The notes below the pieces were generated by a model. The model saw only the letters and a list, made by a program, of their open reading frames with translations, searched no databases and was not told the DNA's origin. DNA of 35,481 bases, taken from the IMG/VR virus record IMGVR_UViG_3300012664_000280, positions 1 through 35,481 of that record; one strand, given 5' to 3'. Source of the DNA: a virus. Lineage: Duplodnaviria; Caudoviricetes. Of the stretch, positions 24,588 through 33,172 are shown piece after piece (positions within the stretch are counted from its first letter, which is position 1; every line of letters begins with the position of its first letter). The position numbers were made by a program, and so were the translations under genes.

Positions 24588-25388
24588 ATGGCAATCCTGT
24601 TTGATTCAGGATATGGCTTATTTGATTCTGCAGCAGGCAATTTTGATGATGGCGGAGTATTAAGCCCTACTGCATCAGTATCAGGGATAACCCTTACTGG
24701 TGCTTTAGGCACTATTACTCAAAATGTATCCGATCAGATACAAATTTCAGGGCAAGATGCCACAATTTTTGCAGCAAGTATCTCTGCAACTGGCATTCAA
24801 AATAGCAACATTGTTATAACAGGGCTTGAATTAAGCTCCGCCTATGGCAATATTAATGAAATAGTTAATGATTCTGTCAGCATTTCAGGCTTAGAAGCGT
24901 TAGCAGATGTAGCAACAATCAGCGCAAATGGAGTTCAAAATTCATCTATAGCACTTAATGGCATAGATTTAACTGCTGAATATGGCTCAATTAATGAGCA
25001 AGTTGTAGATTCCATAGCTATTTCAGGCATAGATTTAAGTATTTCTGCAGCAAATATCAGCGCATTAGCTAGTTCTAGCCCAATAATTCAATTAGATGGT
25101 GTTGCTCTACAAGCAACTACTGGAGCTGTTAGCGCAACTGGATCTGAGATAGCTCCTGAAGAATATACAGGCGGTAGATTCTCCAAGAATGAAGTTAATG
25201 CAACTGCCAAAGTAATCCCAATAAGAGCTGTAGCCTATGCAGGCAGAGTAACTCCAAGAGGATTTACTGTTATTAATGGCGGAGCAAGGGTGCTTTCTGT
25301 GCAATCTGAATCACAGATTAGTGAAACAAGTGCATTAGGGCAATTAGGGATTGATGAAGAAACTCTCTTAATGTTGTTGGTTGCATAG
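24588..25388 (+). CDS. Repeat-containing probable fibre/appendage protein
   Basis: 46-aa internal repeat (138-nt period, e.g. 24798 and 24936); N-terminal FD-x5-FD-x5-FD. Confidence 0.65.
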   Translation: MAILFDSGYGLFDSAAGNFDDGGVLSPTASVSGITLTGALGTITQNVSDQIQISGQDATIFAASISATGIQNSNIVITGLELSSAYGNINEIVNDSVSISGLEALADVATISANGVQNSSIALNGIDLTAEYGSINEQVVDSIAISGIDLSISAANISALASSSPIIQLDGVALQATTGAVSATGSEIAPEEYTGGRFSKNEVNATAKVIPIRAVAYAGRVTPRGFTVINGGARVLSVQSESQISETSALGQLGIDEETLLMLLVA

Positions 25389-25424
25389 CTTTTTTGCATT
25401 ATCATATGAAAAATTGGAGCAATA

Positions 25425-26597
25425 ATGCCTACACCAAGAGAAGATGAAACAGAATCAGAATTTGTATCTCGCTGCATGGGAGATGAAGAAGCTGTTAATA
25501 CTTTTCCTGATAATGAGCAAAGATTAGGTTATTGCTATGCTGTATTTGCAAGGCGAGATGAAAAAGCTGTATATAGAGGTGAAGAAATTGATTTAACTCC
25601 TACTGATTCTATGGCTGCAGAAGCCAAAAAAGGATTAGAGTGGAGAGATGAGTTTAATAGAGGTGGCACAGAAGTAGGGGTGGCAAGAGCTAGAGATCTT
25701 ATTAATAAGAGAGAGCTATCTGCTGAAACTGTGAGAAGGATGGTTAGTTATTTTGCAAGGCATGAAGTTGATAAGCAGGGGCAAGGATTTAGCCAAGGTG
25801 AAGAAGGCTATCCAAGCGCAGGAAGAATTGCTTGGGCTTTATGGGGTGGAGATACAGGAAAATCTTGGGCTAATACCAAGAATAAGCAGTTAAATAGAAT
25901 TGATGAAGAAAAGCAGGGGTATAAGCCTATGTTAGAAAAGAAAATGATGAACTTTGCTTCTTGTGAAGTGAAGATGGGTGATTTTGGTATCTTTGAAGGT
26001 TATGCTTCTGTATTTGATGGCATTGATTCCTACAATGACAGCATTGTAAAAGGCGCTTACACAGATACTATTATTAATCGAGATCGCCCTGTAGCTATGT
26101 ATTTTAATCACAGCTCATTCCGTAGCGATATGCCTGCAACTATTGGTAAATGGCTTTCTATGGAAGAAGATTCCAAGGGCTTGTATGTCAAAGGACAGCT
26201 TTCACTAGGGCATCCTACTGCTGATGCGATCTATGCAAGCATGAGAAATGAAACTCTAGATGGCTTATCTATTGGATTTAAATTGCCACAAGGCGGATAT
26301 GAGTTAAGAGATGGTATTCGCTATCTTCGCAAAATTGATTTAGTAGAAGTATCAGTTGTAGATAATCCTGCTGATAATGCTGCTAGAATTTCTCTTGATT
26401 CTGTAAAATCAGATATAGAGAGTATTAAAAGTATTCGGGAAGCTGAGGAATTTCTGCGAGATGCAGCAAACCTAAGCAACTCAAGCGCAAAAGCATTGCT
26501 GGCGCAAATAAAGTTGGTGCTTCGAGATGAAGTTAAGACTGAGTTAGAACAAGCAATGATATTAAATCGCTTAAACCAAATCATTAAAGGAAATTAA
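25425..26597 (+). CDS. HK97-family prohead protease with ~165-aa N-terminal fusion
   Basis: C-terminal FEGYASVF, FNH, GLSIGF, LVEVSVVDNPA. Confidence 0.9.
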   Translation: MPTPREDETESEFVSRCMGDEEAVNTFPDNEQRLGYCYAVFARRDEKAVYRGEEIDLTPTDSMAAEAKKGLEWRDEFNRGGTEVGVARARDLINKRELSAETVRRMVSYFARHEVDKQGQGFSQGEEGYPSAGRIAWALWGGDTGKSWANTKNKQLNRIDEEKQGYKPMLEKKMMNFASCEVKMGDFGIFEGYASVFDGIDSYNDSIVKGAYTDTIINRDRPVAMYFNHSSFRSDMPATIGKWLSMEEDSKGLYVKGQLSLGHPTADAIYASMRNETLDGLSIGFKLPQGGYELRDGIRYLRKIDLVEVSVVDNPADNAARISLDSVKSDIESIKSIREAEEFLRDAANLSNSSAKALLAQIKLVLRDEVKTELEQAMILNRLNQIIKGN

Positions 26598-26598
26598 A

Positions 26599-27747
26599 AT
26601 GTCAGATCAATTAAATCAGGTTATTGAAACCATTGAAAAGAAGCAAGTTGAAATTGATGCAATGCTCAAATCTGCTGGCACAGAGAGCAAAGCTGCTGTA
26701 GAAGCTGCAGAAAAAGCTGTTCAAGAACTCAAATCTTTAGGTGATCGTATGCTAGAGATCGAGCAAAAGAATTCTGATGCTGTATTGCGTGGCAAAACTG
26801 AAGAATATAAATCTTTGGGTCAGTCTTTCGCTGCTTCTGATGAGTTCAAGGCTTTTGCTGAAGGGCGCACTTCTAAAGCTCGCATTGAGTTGAAGAATAC
26901 TATTACTGGTCAATCAGGCTCTCCTGCTGCTAACTCAGATACTATTGTTGCTCCACAGCGCCAATCAGGAATTGTTAGCGGTGCTTATCGCAGCTTGCGC
27001 ATTCGGGATGTATTGCCTTTTGGAACAACTACAAGCAACTTAGTTGAATACACAAGAGAACTCGCATTCACAAACAATGCTGCTGAAACTGCTGAAGGTG
27101 TAACTAAGCCTGAATCAGCTTTGACTTTCGAGCTAGTATCTGCTCCAGTTAAGACTATTGCTCATTGGTTGAAACTTTCTAAGCAAGTAATGGATGATGC
27201 TCCTGCATTAGCTTCTTATGTTGATACTCGCTTGCGCTATGGTGTTGAGTTGCGCATTGACCAGCAGTTGTTGAATGGCAATGGCACAGGTCAAAATATC
27301 GGTGGATTGACAAAATCAGGCAATTTCACAGCTTTCACTCCTGTAAGCGGTGATAATGGCATTGATTCTATCAATAAGGCTATCTATGCTGTAGCTGCTG
27401 CTGATTACCAAGCAACTGCTATCATCTTGAATCCTGCTGATTGGGGCAAGATTGAACGCACTAAATCTACTACTGGTGAGTATGAGTTTGCTCCTAACTT
27501 GGCTATGACACCTACATTGTGGGGCTTGCCTGTTGTTGTAACTAATACTATGACTGCTGGTAAGTTCATGGTTGGTGCAATGGATATTGCTGCTCAGGTA
27601 TGGAATCGCCAAGGTGTTACTGTTGAGATGAGTGAAGCTGATGATACTAACTTCCAAAAGAACTTAGTAACTGTTCGTGCTGAATCTCGCTTGGCTTTGG
27701 CAATCTATCGCCCTGCTTCTATCCAGTATGGCTCTTTAGTATTGTAA
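26599..27747 (+). CDS. Major capsid protein, HK97 family
   Basis: Coiled-coil delta domain, AEGVTKPES, KTIAHW, LLNGNGTG, TLWGLPVV, FQKNLVTVRAESRL. Confidence 0.96.
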   Translation: MSDQLNQVIETIEKKQVEIDAMLKSAGTESKAAVEAAEKAVQELKSLGDRMLEIEQKNSDAVLRGKTEEYKSLGQSFAASDEFKAFAEGRTSKARIELKNTITGQSGSPAANSDTIVAPQRQSGIVSGAYRSLRIRDVLPFGTTTSNLVEYTRELAFTNNAAETAEGVTKPESALTFELVSAPVKTIAHWLKLSKQVMDDAPALASYVDTRLRYGVELRIDQQLLNGNGTGQNIGGLTKSGNFTAFTPVSGDNGIDSINKAIYAVAAADYQATAIILNPADWGKIERTKSTTGEYEFAPNLAMTPTLWGLPVVVTNTMTAGKFMVGAMDIAAQVWNRQGVTVEMSEADDTNFQKNLVTVRAESRLALAIYRPASIQYGSLVL

Positions 27748-27754
27748 TTAAACT

Positions 27755-27784
27755 GGCAGGGGGTCAAAAGCTCCCTGCCTTTTT
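27755..27784 (+). terminator. Rho-independent terminator after major capsid gene
   Basis: GGCAGGGGGT-CAAAA-GCTCCCTGCC followed by TTTTT. Confidence 0.85.
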
Positions 27785-27787
27785 ATT

Positions 27788-28006
27788 ATGCTAGTTACTG
27801 CAAATAGAGATTTTATTTCTGCTCAGATTGGAGATATTACAACTGGGCAGACTTTTGATGTTGATAATGGGATAGCTGTATATTGGATAGGCGCTGGACT
27901 TGTTTCAGAATTTAAGCCTAAACAATGGGAACAGCTTGAGGTTAAACCCCATATTGAACAAGATGTGCAAGTTAAAAAACTGAGAAAGCGCAAAAATGCC
28001 AACTAA
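27788..28006 (+). CDS. Small hypothetical protein after capsid
   Basis: 72 aa; overlaps the adaptor start. Confidence 0.6.
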   Translation: MLVTANRDFISAQIGDITTGQTFDVDNGIAVYWIGAGLVSEFKPKQWEQLEVKPHIEQDVQVKKLRKRKNAN

Positions 28007-28577
28007 GGTAATTACAGCTCCTACTTATGAGCCAATTTCTGCTGCAGATGTAGCTGAATATCTCAGGGTTGATGATCTTGCTGCCGATCAGGATTTGCTT
28101 GATAGCCTTATTACTGCTGCAAGGCAATATTTAGAACAATATTTAAGCAGACCTATTGCTACACAAACTTTAGAAGAAGCATTAACTGGATGGGCTGATC
28201 CGATTGTTTTAGATAGCTCATTGCAATCAGTTACTTCAATCAAATATTTAGATTTAAATGGAGTTGAGCAAACTTTGGCATCTAATCAGTATCTAGTAGA
28301 TACTTATTCTGAGCCTGCGCAAATTACTCCTGCATACAATGTTACTTATCCTGAGCTATATGCTGTGCCTAATAATGTTAAGGTGCGCTATGTTGCTGGA
28401 TATACTTCAGGTGGAAGCCCTGATACAAATCCAATGCCAAAGCCAATGCGCTTTGCAATGATGTTGGTTATTGGTGATTTATATGCCAATAGAGAAGCTG
28501 GTGGAGAGAAAGCCTATCAAGTTAATCCTACAGTTGAAAATTTGCTGCAATTCTATAGATTGAATATGGGAGTGTAG
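27996..28577 (+). CDS. Head-tail adaptor (HK97 gp6 / SPP1 gp15-like)
   Basis: EPIS...YLRVD...LITAARQYLE...VRYVAGY...DLYANRE. Confidence 0.9.
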   Translation: MPTKVITAPTYEPISAADVAEYLRVDDLAADQDLLDSLITAARQYLEQYLSRPIATQTLEEALTGWADPIVLDSSLQSVTSIKYLDLNGVEQTLASNQYLVDTYSEPAQITPAYNVTYPELYAVPNNVKVRYVAGYTSGGSPDTNPMPKPMRFAMMLVIGDLYANREAGGEKAYQVNPTVENLLQFYRLNMGV

Positions 28578-29134
28578 TGAAAACTGCAATCTGCATAGCA
28601 AGCGGAACAAGCCTAACTAAAGAAGATGTTGATTACTGCAAAGGTAAAGCCTTTGTTTATGTCATTAACACTACTTATCAATTAGCGCCTTGGGCTGATA
28701 TTCTTTATGCTTGTGATGAAGAATGGTGGGATTACCATAAGCCTGAGTTTGCAGGGCAGAAATGGACTATAAATGAGAAAGCATCCGAGAAATATAATCT
28801 CAATCTTATTGGCTATGATTCATCGCTTAAATTTAGCAATTCTGAAATCATTGCAACTGGCAATAATGGGGGATTTCAAGCCATTAATCTTGCTTATCTG
28901 CATGGTTTTAGGCGCATTATATTGCTGGGATATGATTTTCAAAATTCAGGAAATCATTGGCATGGAAAGCATCCAAGCGGATTAGATAAATCTCCTGATA
29001 TGCGCAGATGGATTAAGCATATGAATGATGCAGCTCCACTTATGCAAGAAGCTGGTTTAGAAGTAATTAACTGCTCTAGAGATTCAGCTATTAATTGTTT
29101 TCGGAAAAGTATAATAACTGATGAAATTCATTAG
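28577..29134 (+). CDS. Glycosyltransferase-like protein (sialyltransferase/Maf-DUF115-like fold)
   Basis: ICIASGTSL, VIN, YACD..WW, NGGFQAINLAYLHGFRRIILLGYD, VINCS; GTG start overlapping the adaptor stop. Confidence 0.7.
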   Translation: MKTAICIASGTSLTKEDVDYCKGKAFVYVINTTYQLAPWADILYACDEEWWDYHKPEFAGQKWTINEKASEKYNLNLIGYDSSLKFSNSEIIATGNNGGFQAINLAYLHGFRRIILLGYDFQNSGNHWHGKHPSGLDKSPDMRRWIKHMNDAAPLMQEAGLEVINCSRDSAINCFRKSIITDEIH

Positions 29135-29654
29135 CTACTACACTCCTAACTACAAGGAGCAAGCAGATAGGCTCAGGAACTCATTAAATGAGCTTAGGCT
29201 GCCTTATTGCATTGAGGAGATACCTAACTTAGGCTCTTGGGATAAAAACACTCACCATAAGCCTGAATTCATTTTGAAGCACCTTATAAGTTCAGATGCA
29301 GTTGTATGGACTGATGCGGATTCTGTTATTAGGGAAAACCCTATACTCTTTGATGAGTTAGATGCTGATGTAGCCTTCCATAGATTTAAAGCTCAAGAGC
29401 TTCTTTCAGGCACAGTTTATTTTAAAAATACTGCTGCAACTATCCGCCTTTTGATGAGATGGATAGCAATAAATCTAGAAAAGCCTGAGATATTCGATCA
29501 AAAGAATCTAGATCAGGCTATAAGTGAAACAACTGATTTAAATATTGCAGAGCTTCCGCCTGAATATTGCTTTATTTTTGATTTAAGCAGGGATTATTAT
29601 GGCGGTAGAAAGCCTGTTATTGAGCATTTTCAAGCAAGCAGAGAGAAAAGATGA
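29121..29654 (+). CDS. GT-A nucleotide-diphospho-sugar transferase
   Basis: KPEFI...VWTDADS (DxD), SGTVYF, DQ..L, LPPEY, IEHF. Confidence 0.82.
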   Translation: MKFISYYTPNYKEQADRLRNSLNELRLPYCIEEIPNLGSWDKNTHHKPEFILKHLISSDAVVWTDADSVIRENPILFDELDADVAFHRFKAQELLSGTVYFKNTAATIRLLMRWIAINLEKPEIFDQKNLDQAISETTDLNIAELPPEYCFIFDLSRDYYGGRKPVIEHFQASREKR

Positions 29655-30493
29655 GAATTCTAACTATATGCGGAATTGGTGATATTCATTGGGTAATGCT
29701 CAAGATGGAAAGCTATATAGAGCAAAACTGCAAAGGTGTTATCCCTGAGATCACTATTTGGAATTTTGATGGCAGACCTAGAGCTGATGGCTTTGTCAGT
29801 CGCATTCCTTTTGTTAAGTTCGCTGGATATGACAATGCTCCCATGAACAATCAGCAAAAGCACCTATTTCATCAAGTTTATATGGATGGCTCTAAAGAAG
29901 TTGTAGAGGGATTTAAAGGCTATGATCGCTTTATCTGCATAAATGGTGGCTTGCGCATAGGGCATAGCATGGATAAAATCATGCCCCAATATAAAACTAA
30001 CTGGAATTATGAAGTTCAGATTGATGATTGTATAGTTCCCTACAAAGAGCCATATATCATTTTCTACTTTAGTAATCATGGGATGTTTCAAGATTGGGTA
30101 GCTAAGATGCCCCCTGCAAAGATTAAAGAGCTTATGAGCCATATAAAAGGCTATAAATTAATTCTTACTGGAAGCTCATGGGATGAGCCATTCAATCAGC
30201 AGCTAGAAGATGAAGGCATTATTAATTTATGCGGTAAAACTAGCCTTACAGAGCTTTTTGGATTGATTAAAGGCGCTTCTTCTTTTGTCGGTTGGTGCGG
30301 TGGCAATACTATTGTTAGTCAGCATATTAATACCCCTACTCTAATGCTTTGGTCAAATTACTTTAGTCATAGAGCTTTTCAAACTAATTGGGTTGATCCT
30401 GATCGCCTTGATCGGGTTTATAAGCCTATGGATGTAGAAGATATTACAGCAAGATCATTTATGAAGAATCTAGGAGAGCTGCTTGAAAGATAA
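29651..30493 (+). CDS. GT9 (heptosyltransferase)-like GT-B glycosyltransferase
   Basis: N-terminal GIGDI, LILTGS, INLCGKTSLTELFGLIKGASSFVG, PTLMLW. Confidence 0.8.
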   Translation: MRILTICGIGDIHWVMLKMESYIEQNCKGVIPEITIWNFDGRPRADGFVSRIPFVKFAGYDNAPMNNQQKHLFHQVYMDGSKEVVEGFKGYDRFICINGGLRIGHSMDKIMPQYKTNWNYEVQIDDCIVPYKEPYIIFYFSNHGMFQDWVAKMPPAKIKELMSHIKGYKLILTGSSWDEPFNQQLEDEGIINLCGKTSLTELFGLIKGASSFVGWCGGNTIVSQHINTPTLMLWSNYFSHRAFQTNWVDPDRLDRVYKPMDVEDITARSFMKNLGELLER

Positions 30494-31070
30494 ATTATTG
30501 TGGCTTCCTGATTTTGGGATTGGCTATTACCCTGTAGAAGAAGCTCCTTATGATGCTGGATATTGGCAGAAGTATCAGGAGATGGAAAAAACTGATATTG
30601 GCAGAAAGCTAAATCAGGCTAGATTAGATATTGTAAAAGCCTATGAGTTTGATGAAATCATTGATATTGGTATTGGCTCAGGAGCTTTTATTAAAGAATT
30701 GCCTAATGCTTATGGGTTTGATATTAATCCCTGCGCTGTAGATTGGTTGAAATCTGTTGGCAAATACAAAGAGCCAAGTAAAATAGATGCTATGAGCTTT
30801 TGGGATTCTTTAGAGCATATCCATAATCCCACAGCTCTTTTAGATAATATTAAGACCTATGCTTTTGTTTCATGCCCTGTTTATAGGGATAAAGAGCATA
30901 TTCTAGGCAGCAAGCATTTTAGACCTGATGAGCATTGCTGGTATTGGACTAAAAATGGATTAAGAGCATTTATGGGTAATTTTGGATTTGAGATGGTGGA
31001 ATATTCCAATGTTGAATCATTTTTAGGCAGAGAAGATATAGGATCTTTTGTCTTTAAGAGGAAGTTATGA
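30483..31070 (+). CDS. Class I SAM-dependent methyltransferase
   Basis: IDIGIGSGAF, GFDIN, FWDSLEHIHNP; TTG start with AGGAG RBS. Confidence 0.85.
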   Translation: MKDKLLWLPDFGIGYYPVEEAPYDAGYWQKYQEMEKTDIGRKLNQARLDIVKAYEFDEIIDIGIGSGAFIKELPNAYGFDINPCAVDWLKSVGKYKEPSKIDAMSFWDSLEHIHNPTALLDNIKTYAFVSCPVYRDKEHILGSKHFRPDEHCWYWTKNGLRAFMGNFGFEMVEYSNVESFLGREDIGSFVFKRKL

Positions 31071-31378
31071 GAGCTGGTAAATTAGATCGCAGGATTCAAA
31101 TCAAGGTTAAGACTTCTACAAGGGATTCTTTTGGGGCTGAGATTATTTCTTATACCTTGCTTGCTACAGTATGGGCTGAGAAGTTACCAGTAACAGGCAG
31201 AGAGTATTTTGCAGCAAGCCAATTTATTCCTGAAGCTACTGTTAAATTCAAAATCCGCTTTAGGGAAGATTTTGATGAAACTGCCAAGATTACCTATGAT
31301 GGGGTTGATTATGACATTCTCTACCTTGCTGAAATTGGCAGGGCTGATGGTGTAGAGATTCTTGCTAAGAAACCATGA
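31067..31378 (+). CDS. Head-closure protein (SPP1 gp16-like)
   Basis: MRAGKLDRRIQI...TVWA...GREYFAA...FKIRF. Confidence 0.9.
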   Translation: MRAGKLDRRIQIKVKTSTRDSFGAEIISYTLLATVWAEKLPVTGREYFAASQFIPEATVKFKIRFREDFDETAKITYDGVDYDILYLAEIGRADGVEILAKKP

Positions 31379-31857
31379 TTTCAGTTCAAATAACTGGGCT
31401 AAAGGAGCTTCAAAAAGCTCTAAATGAATTGCCAAAGGAGATCCAAGGCAGACCATTGCGCAGCGCAGTTAGCGCAGCAGCTAAAGTTATTGTGGATGAT
31501 GTTAAAAGTAGAGTTCCAGTTGGTGAAACTGGTAATCTGAAAACTGCTGTATATCGCTATAGAAGTAGGCGCAATTCTGCTACTGGTAGAGAAACTTTCT
31601 TTGTAGGCATCCGCCAAGGAAAGGCTCAATATAAAGATACTGCTTATAATCGCAGAAAAGGCAGAGTAGGTAAAAATTATAAAACTGCAGGCGAAGCATA
31701 TTATTGGCGCTTTTTGGAGTTCGGAACTGCTAAAATGCAAGCTAAACCATTCCTTAGACCAGCTTTTGAAGCTAATAAATCAAGAGCTGTAGATGTAATG
31801 AAGGAAAGATTAGGCAAGGCAATACAAACTCAAGCAAAGAAATTGGCTAAAAAATGA
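31375..31857 (+). CDS. HK97 gp10-like neck/tail-completion protein
   Basis: ITGLKEL...PVGETGNLK...YWRFLEFGTAKMQAKPFLRPAF. Confidence 0.92.
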   Translation: MISVQITGLKELQKALNELPKEIQGRPLRSAVSAAAKVIVDDVKSRVPVGETGNLKTAVYRYRSRRNSATGRETFFVGIRQGKAQYKDTAYNRRKGRVGKNYKTAGEAYYWRFLEFGTAKMQAKPFLRPAFEANKSRAVDVMKERLGKAIQTQAKKLAKK

Positions 31858-32201
31858 CCATAGAAACTACTATTTATGCAGCATTATCTAGCCTAGCTAG
31901 CGGAAAGGTATATCCATTAGTAGCGCCTGAGAAAATAGCTGCCCCTTATATTGTTTATTCTCGCATCTCATCTACTCCTGAAAATACTTTAGATGGTGGC
32001 GCAACTATTGATTTAGTTCGCATTCAGGTAGATACTTATGCAAATACTTATTCTGCAGTAAAATCACTAGCAGAATCAGTAAGATCAGCTTTGGAAAGTA
32101 GTGCTGCAAAAGCTACTTTGCAAACAGATCAAGATTTATTTGAGCCTGATTTGAAAGTATATAGGATCAGTCAGGATTATTATTGTTGGCAAAGGAGTTA
32201 A
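31854..32201 (+). CDS. Tail terminator (DUF3168-like)
   Basis: VYPLVAP...PYIVY...RIQVDTYA; synteny. Confidence 0.85.
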   Translation: MTIETTIYAALSSLASGKVYPLVAPEKIAAPYIVYSRISSTPENTLDGGATIDLVRIQVDTYANTYSAVKSLAESVRSALESSAAKATLQTDQDLFEPDLKVYRISQDYYCWQRS

Positions 32202-32203
32202 TT

Positions 32204-32626
32204 ATGAGTTCAGCAGCTTTAGAAGCACAAGGGATGTTAATCAAAATTGGTAATGGCGCTTCTCCTGAAGTGTTTTCTACTATTCCTGAAATCAAGACTT
32301 TTTCAGGACCAAGCGGTTCTGCTGCAGTCATTGATGTAACAGATTTAAGCTCTAGCGCCAAAGAAAAGCGCATGGGTTTAGCGGATGAAGGACAGTTGAG
32401 TTTCACTATCAACTACATTCCTGATAATGCGCAGCATATTGCATTGAGAGCAAAGCGAGCAGCTCGCACAGAAACAAACTTTAAAATGGTGTTTACTGAT
32501 GATAGCCCTAGCACTACTTGGTCATTCTCAGCATTTGTAACTGGCTTTGCAGTTTCAGGCGCAGTTGATAATGTTGTAGAAGCCAATGTAACTTTAGAAA
32601 TCACAGGCGCAATTACAGCGAGCTAA
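32204..32626 (+). CDS. Major tail tube protein
   Basis: IDVTDLSS..KE..MGLADEG.LSFTINY; ATG 32204 with AAGGAG RBS. Confidence 0.88.
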   Translation: MSSAALEAQGMLIKIGNGASPEVFSTIPEIKTFSGPSGSAAVIDVTDLSSSAKEKRMGLADEGQLSFTINYIPDNAQHIALRAKRAARTETNFKMVFTDDSPSTTWSFSAFVTGFAVSGAVDNVVEANVTLEITGAITAS

Positions 32627-32627
32627 A

Positions 32628-32975
32628 ATGACAATTCTCACTAGAGATGCAGTATTAGCAGTAAATGATTTAAAGAAAGAGTTAGTAAAAGTTCCTGAGT
32701 GGGGTGGTGAAATATACATCTCCTTGATGACTGGTGAAAGCCGAGATGCTTGGGAACAAAGCCTAGTTGCAACTAAAGGCACTAATCTAGACAATATAAG
32801 AGCTAGGTTAGTTGCTTTTACTGCAGTTGGTGAAGATGGCAAAAGAATCTTCTCCAATGAGGATGCTGCCTTGCTAGGTCAGAAATCATCTACTGCTCTT
32901 GAAAGGTGTGTAAAGGTAGCTCAAAAGTTAAACAGATTAACTGAAGAAGAATTAGATAATCTGTCAAAAAACTAA
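32628..32975 (+). CDS. Tail assembly chaperone (gpG-like)
   Basis: VPEWGG motif; ends in slippery A AAA AAC. Confidence 0.85.
   Translation: MTILTRDAVLAVNDLKKELVKVPEWGGEIYISLMTGESRDAWEQSLVATKGTNLDNIRARLVAFTAVGEDGKRIFSNEDAALLGQKSSTALERCVKVAQKLNRLTEEELDNLSKN
32966..32972 (+). other. Programmed -1 ribosomal frameshift site
   Basis: A AAA AAC (X XXY YYZ) immediately before the G stop; -1 frame open to 33172. Confidence 0.85.
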
Positions 32976-33172
32976 AGCTCCGCCCCCAAAGAAGGTTCTA
33001 TTTTGATTTAGCTCTGAAATTGGGAATGCCTGTCGGAGAGATGTTAAGAAGAATGGATAGTGCTGAGATTACTGAATGGCTGGCATACTTCAGAATAGAT
33101 GAAGCACCTAAAGCAAAGGCAGCAGATGTAATAAAAGCGCAATTTGCGCACAGGGTTAAGAGGAAAGAATAA
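32972..33172 (+). CDS. Frameshift extension of tail chaperone (gpT-like)
   Basis: Hand-translated LKLRPQRRFYFDLALKLGMPVGEMLRRMDSAEITEWLAYF...; stop overlaps tape-measure ATG. Confidence 0.82.
   Translation, partial: LKLRPQRRFYFDLALKLGMPVGEMLRRMDSAEITEWLAYFRIDEAPKAKAADVIKAQFAHRVKRKE

Noticed and set aside
30483-31070. Methyltransferase as a DNA MTase or restriction-modification component
   Set aside because: Lacks DPPY/NPPY or PC catalytic motifs; SLEH pattern and GT neighbours indicate a sugar or small-molecule MTase
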